A DNA stretch of 14,158 nt from Chthoniobacteraceae bacterium (GTDB lineage: Bacteria > Verrucomicrobiota > Verrucomicrobiia > Chthoniobacterales > Chthoniobacteraceae), in assembly GCA_031409335.1 (NCBI GenBank), contig JANNWY010000027.1:1-14158 (forward strand). The letters run 5' to 3'. The notes under the pieces are model-generated. The model worked only from the letters and a program-made list of their open reading frames with translations, was not told the DNA's origin and did not search any database. Positions 13,008-14,158 of the stretch are shown here, piece by piece. Both the position numbers and the translations under genes were made by a program. Numbering within the stretch: the first letter of the stretch is position 1; every line of letters starts with the position of its first letter.

Positions 13008-13115
13008 GGTAGCGTGGTTTGTCGTTGGGTTTGTGGTTTGATGGATCGACTTCGAGGAAAGCACCTCCGGGTCGCAGTGTGTTTGCCCAGTTGAATCCAT
13101 CCGATCGCACGGCGA

Positions 13116-14158
13116 CTACTTCAGATTAGCCGCGGCTCGATTGGTTTTAATGGTCGGGTCGGGCTCGCCATCTTTTTCTTCTTTGTCGCCTTGGCTTTTT
13201 TTGGAGCCGACTACACCTGGCACAAAGGAGGCAGGATACAAAGCCGCCAGCCGCGCTTTCTGGGAAAGAATCTCGGGATCTTTCGAAGCGGCGAGATTGG
13301 TCCACTGCATCGGGTCGCGTTGCATATCGTAGAGCTCTTCTGTTCCCTCCTTGTAGCGAATGAAATACCAGCGCTCGTCGCGCACGGAGGCGTTGCCTGC
13401 GCCCTCGATGGTGATGGACGGGTAAGGCCAGGGCAGCTTCGGATCGCGCAGCAGCGGGGCGATGCTCCGGCCGTCGATTTCCGCTTTGGCCGGCAAACCG
13501 CACAAGTCAATCAGCGTCGGATAAAGATCCATCAGGTTCACCATGCGTGAACAATCCTGCCGCGACTTCATCCCCGGCACGCGGATGGTGAGCGGCAGAC
13601 GGGTGGATTCGGCCCAGAGCGTGGCTTTGCGGAAGCGCAGCTTCTCGCCCAGATGCCAGCCGTGGTCGCCCCAGATGACGACGATGGTGTTGTCGGCATA
13701 CTTGCTTTTTTCCAGCGCATCCAGCACCTGCCCCACGCAATCATCCGCATGGCTGGAGGCGGCCAGATAGGCCTGCGCCGCGCGCTTGAACAAGTTCGTG
13801 TCCTGCTGCACCCAATTAAAATCATCGCTGGGCTTGAATTTGGCTTTGCCCTTGGCATCCACAATATCACCGAGGTCATCGAGGCGGAACTCCGGAATCT
13901 TGATGCTCTCCAGCGGAAAACGGTCGAAGTATTCTTGCGGCACGTACCAGGGCAGATGCGGTTTGGAAATGCCCAGCGCGAGGAAGAATGGCTTTTCCGA
14001 TGGCTTGGACAGTTGCGCCAACGCCCATTGAGCCGCCTTCCAATCCTTGCTTTCTTCCTTGGGGCCCTTGGTCGGTCCCCATGAAAAGTCCACGCCTTCA
14101 CCATCGCCACTATCGTTCCCCTCGCCCTTCGCCGGGCCGAAGGACGCGGGCTTGCCGT
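13116..14158 (-). CDS. Sulfatase (iduronate-2-sulfatase/choline-sulfatase-like), C-terminal part; 5' end lies outside the window
   Basis: Motifs KPFFLALGISKPHLPW, DNTIVVIWGDHGWHLGEK, KATLWAESTRLPL, DLYPTLIDLCGL and EELYDMQRDP. The frame stays open from 14093 to the window edge. The CxPxR motif is not in view. Confidence 0.9.
   Translation of the reverse strand, partial: GKPASFGPAKGEGNDSGDGEGVDFSWGPTKGPKEESKDWKAAQWALAQLSKPSEKPFFLALGISKPHLPWYVPQEYFDRFPLESIKIPEFRLDDLGDIVDAKGKAKFKPSDDFNWVQQDTNLFKRAAQAYLAASSHADDCVGQVLDALEKSKYADNTIVVIWGDHGWHLGEKLRFRKATLWAESTRLPLTIRVPGMKSRQDCSRMVNLMDLYPTLIDLCGLPAKAEIDGRSIAPLLRDPKLPWPYPSITIEGAGNASVRDERWYFIRYKEGTEELYDMQRDPMQWTNLAASKDPEILSQKARLAALYPASFVPGVVGSKKSQGDKEEKDGEPDPTIKTNRAAANLK

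Noticed and set aside
1..14158. CRISPR array, tRNA or rRNA genes
   Set aside because: I saw no regularly spaced direct repeats with unique spacers and no tRNA or rRNA signatures. Nearly all of the window is protein coding.

Overview
GC-rich bacterial DNA whose gene content points to the PVC superphylum, probably Verrucomicrobia (inference). The left edge (1-140) looks like the end of an IS4-like element. It abuts the C-terminal ATPase fragment of a sensor histidine kinase, which is followed by an intact NarL/LuxR-type response regulator on the + strand. The rest of the window is a convergent, tightly coupled minus-strand cluster of secreted enzymes. In transcription order these are: a partial iduronate/choline-sulfatase-like sulfatase, a deleted DUF1592/DUF1585-type gene remnant, an FAD oxidoreductase fused to an alpha/beta-hydrolase, two Cys-type sulfatases, a PVC-type heme-c (CxxCH) protein, a sialate O-acetylesterase and an uncharacterised glycoside-hydrolase-like protein. 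This is probably a locus for degrading sulfated, acetylated glycans. The most striking unexplained signal is that several unrelated short repeat families lie inside coding sequences without breaking the frame. One A-tract/T-tract palindrome encodes the Lys-rich and Phe-rich parts of the predicted signal peptides of two unrelated genes. A 96-bp four-hairpin GTGG-REP-like element encodes a ~32-aa linker, and a heptamer array encodes a short segment of the esterase. All calls come from reading motifs by eye; no searches were run.
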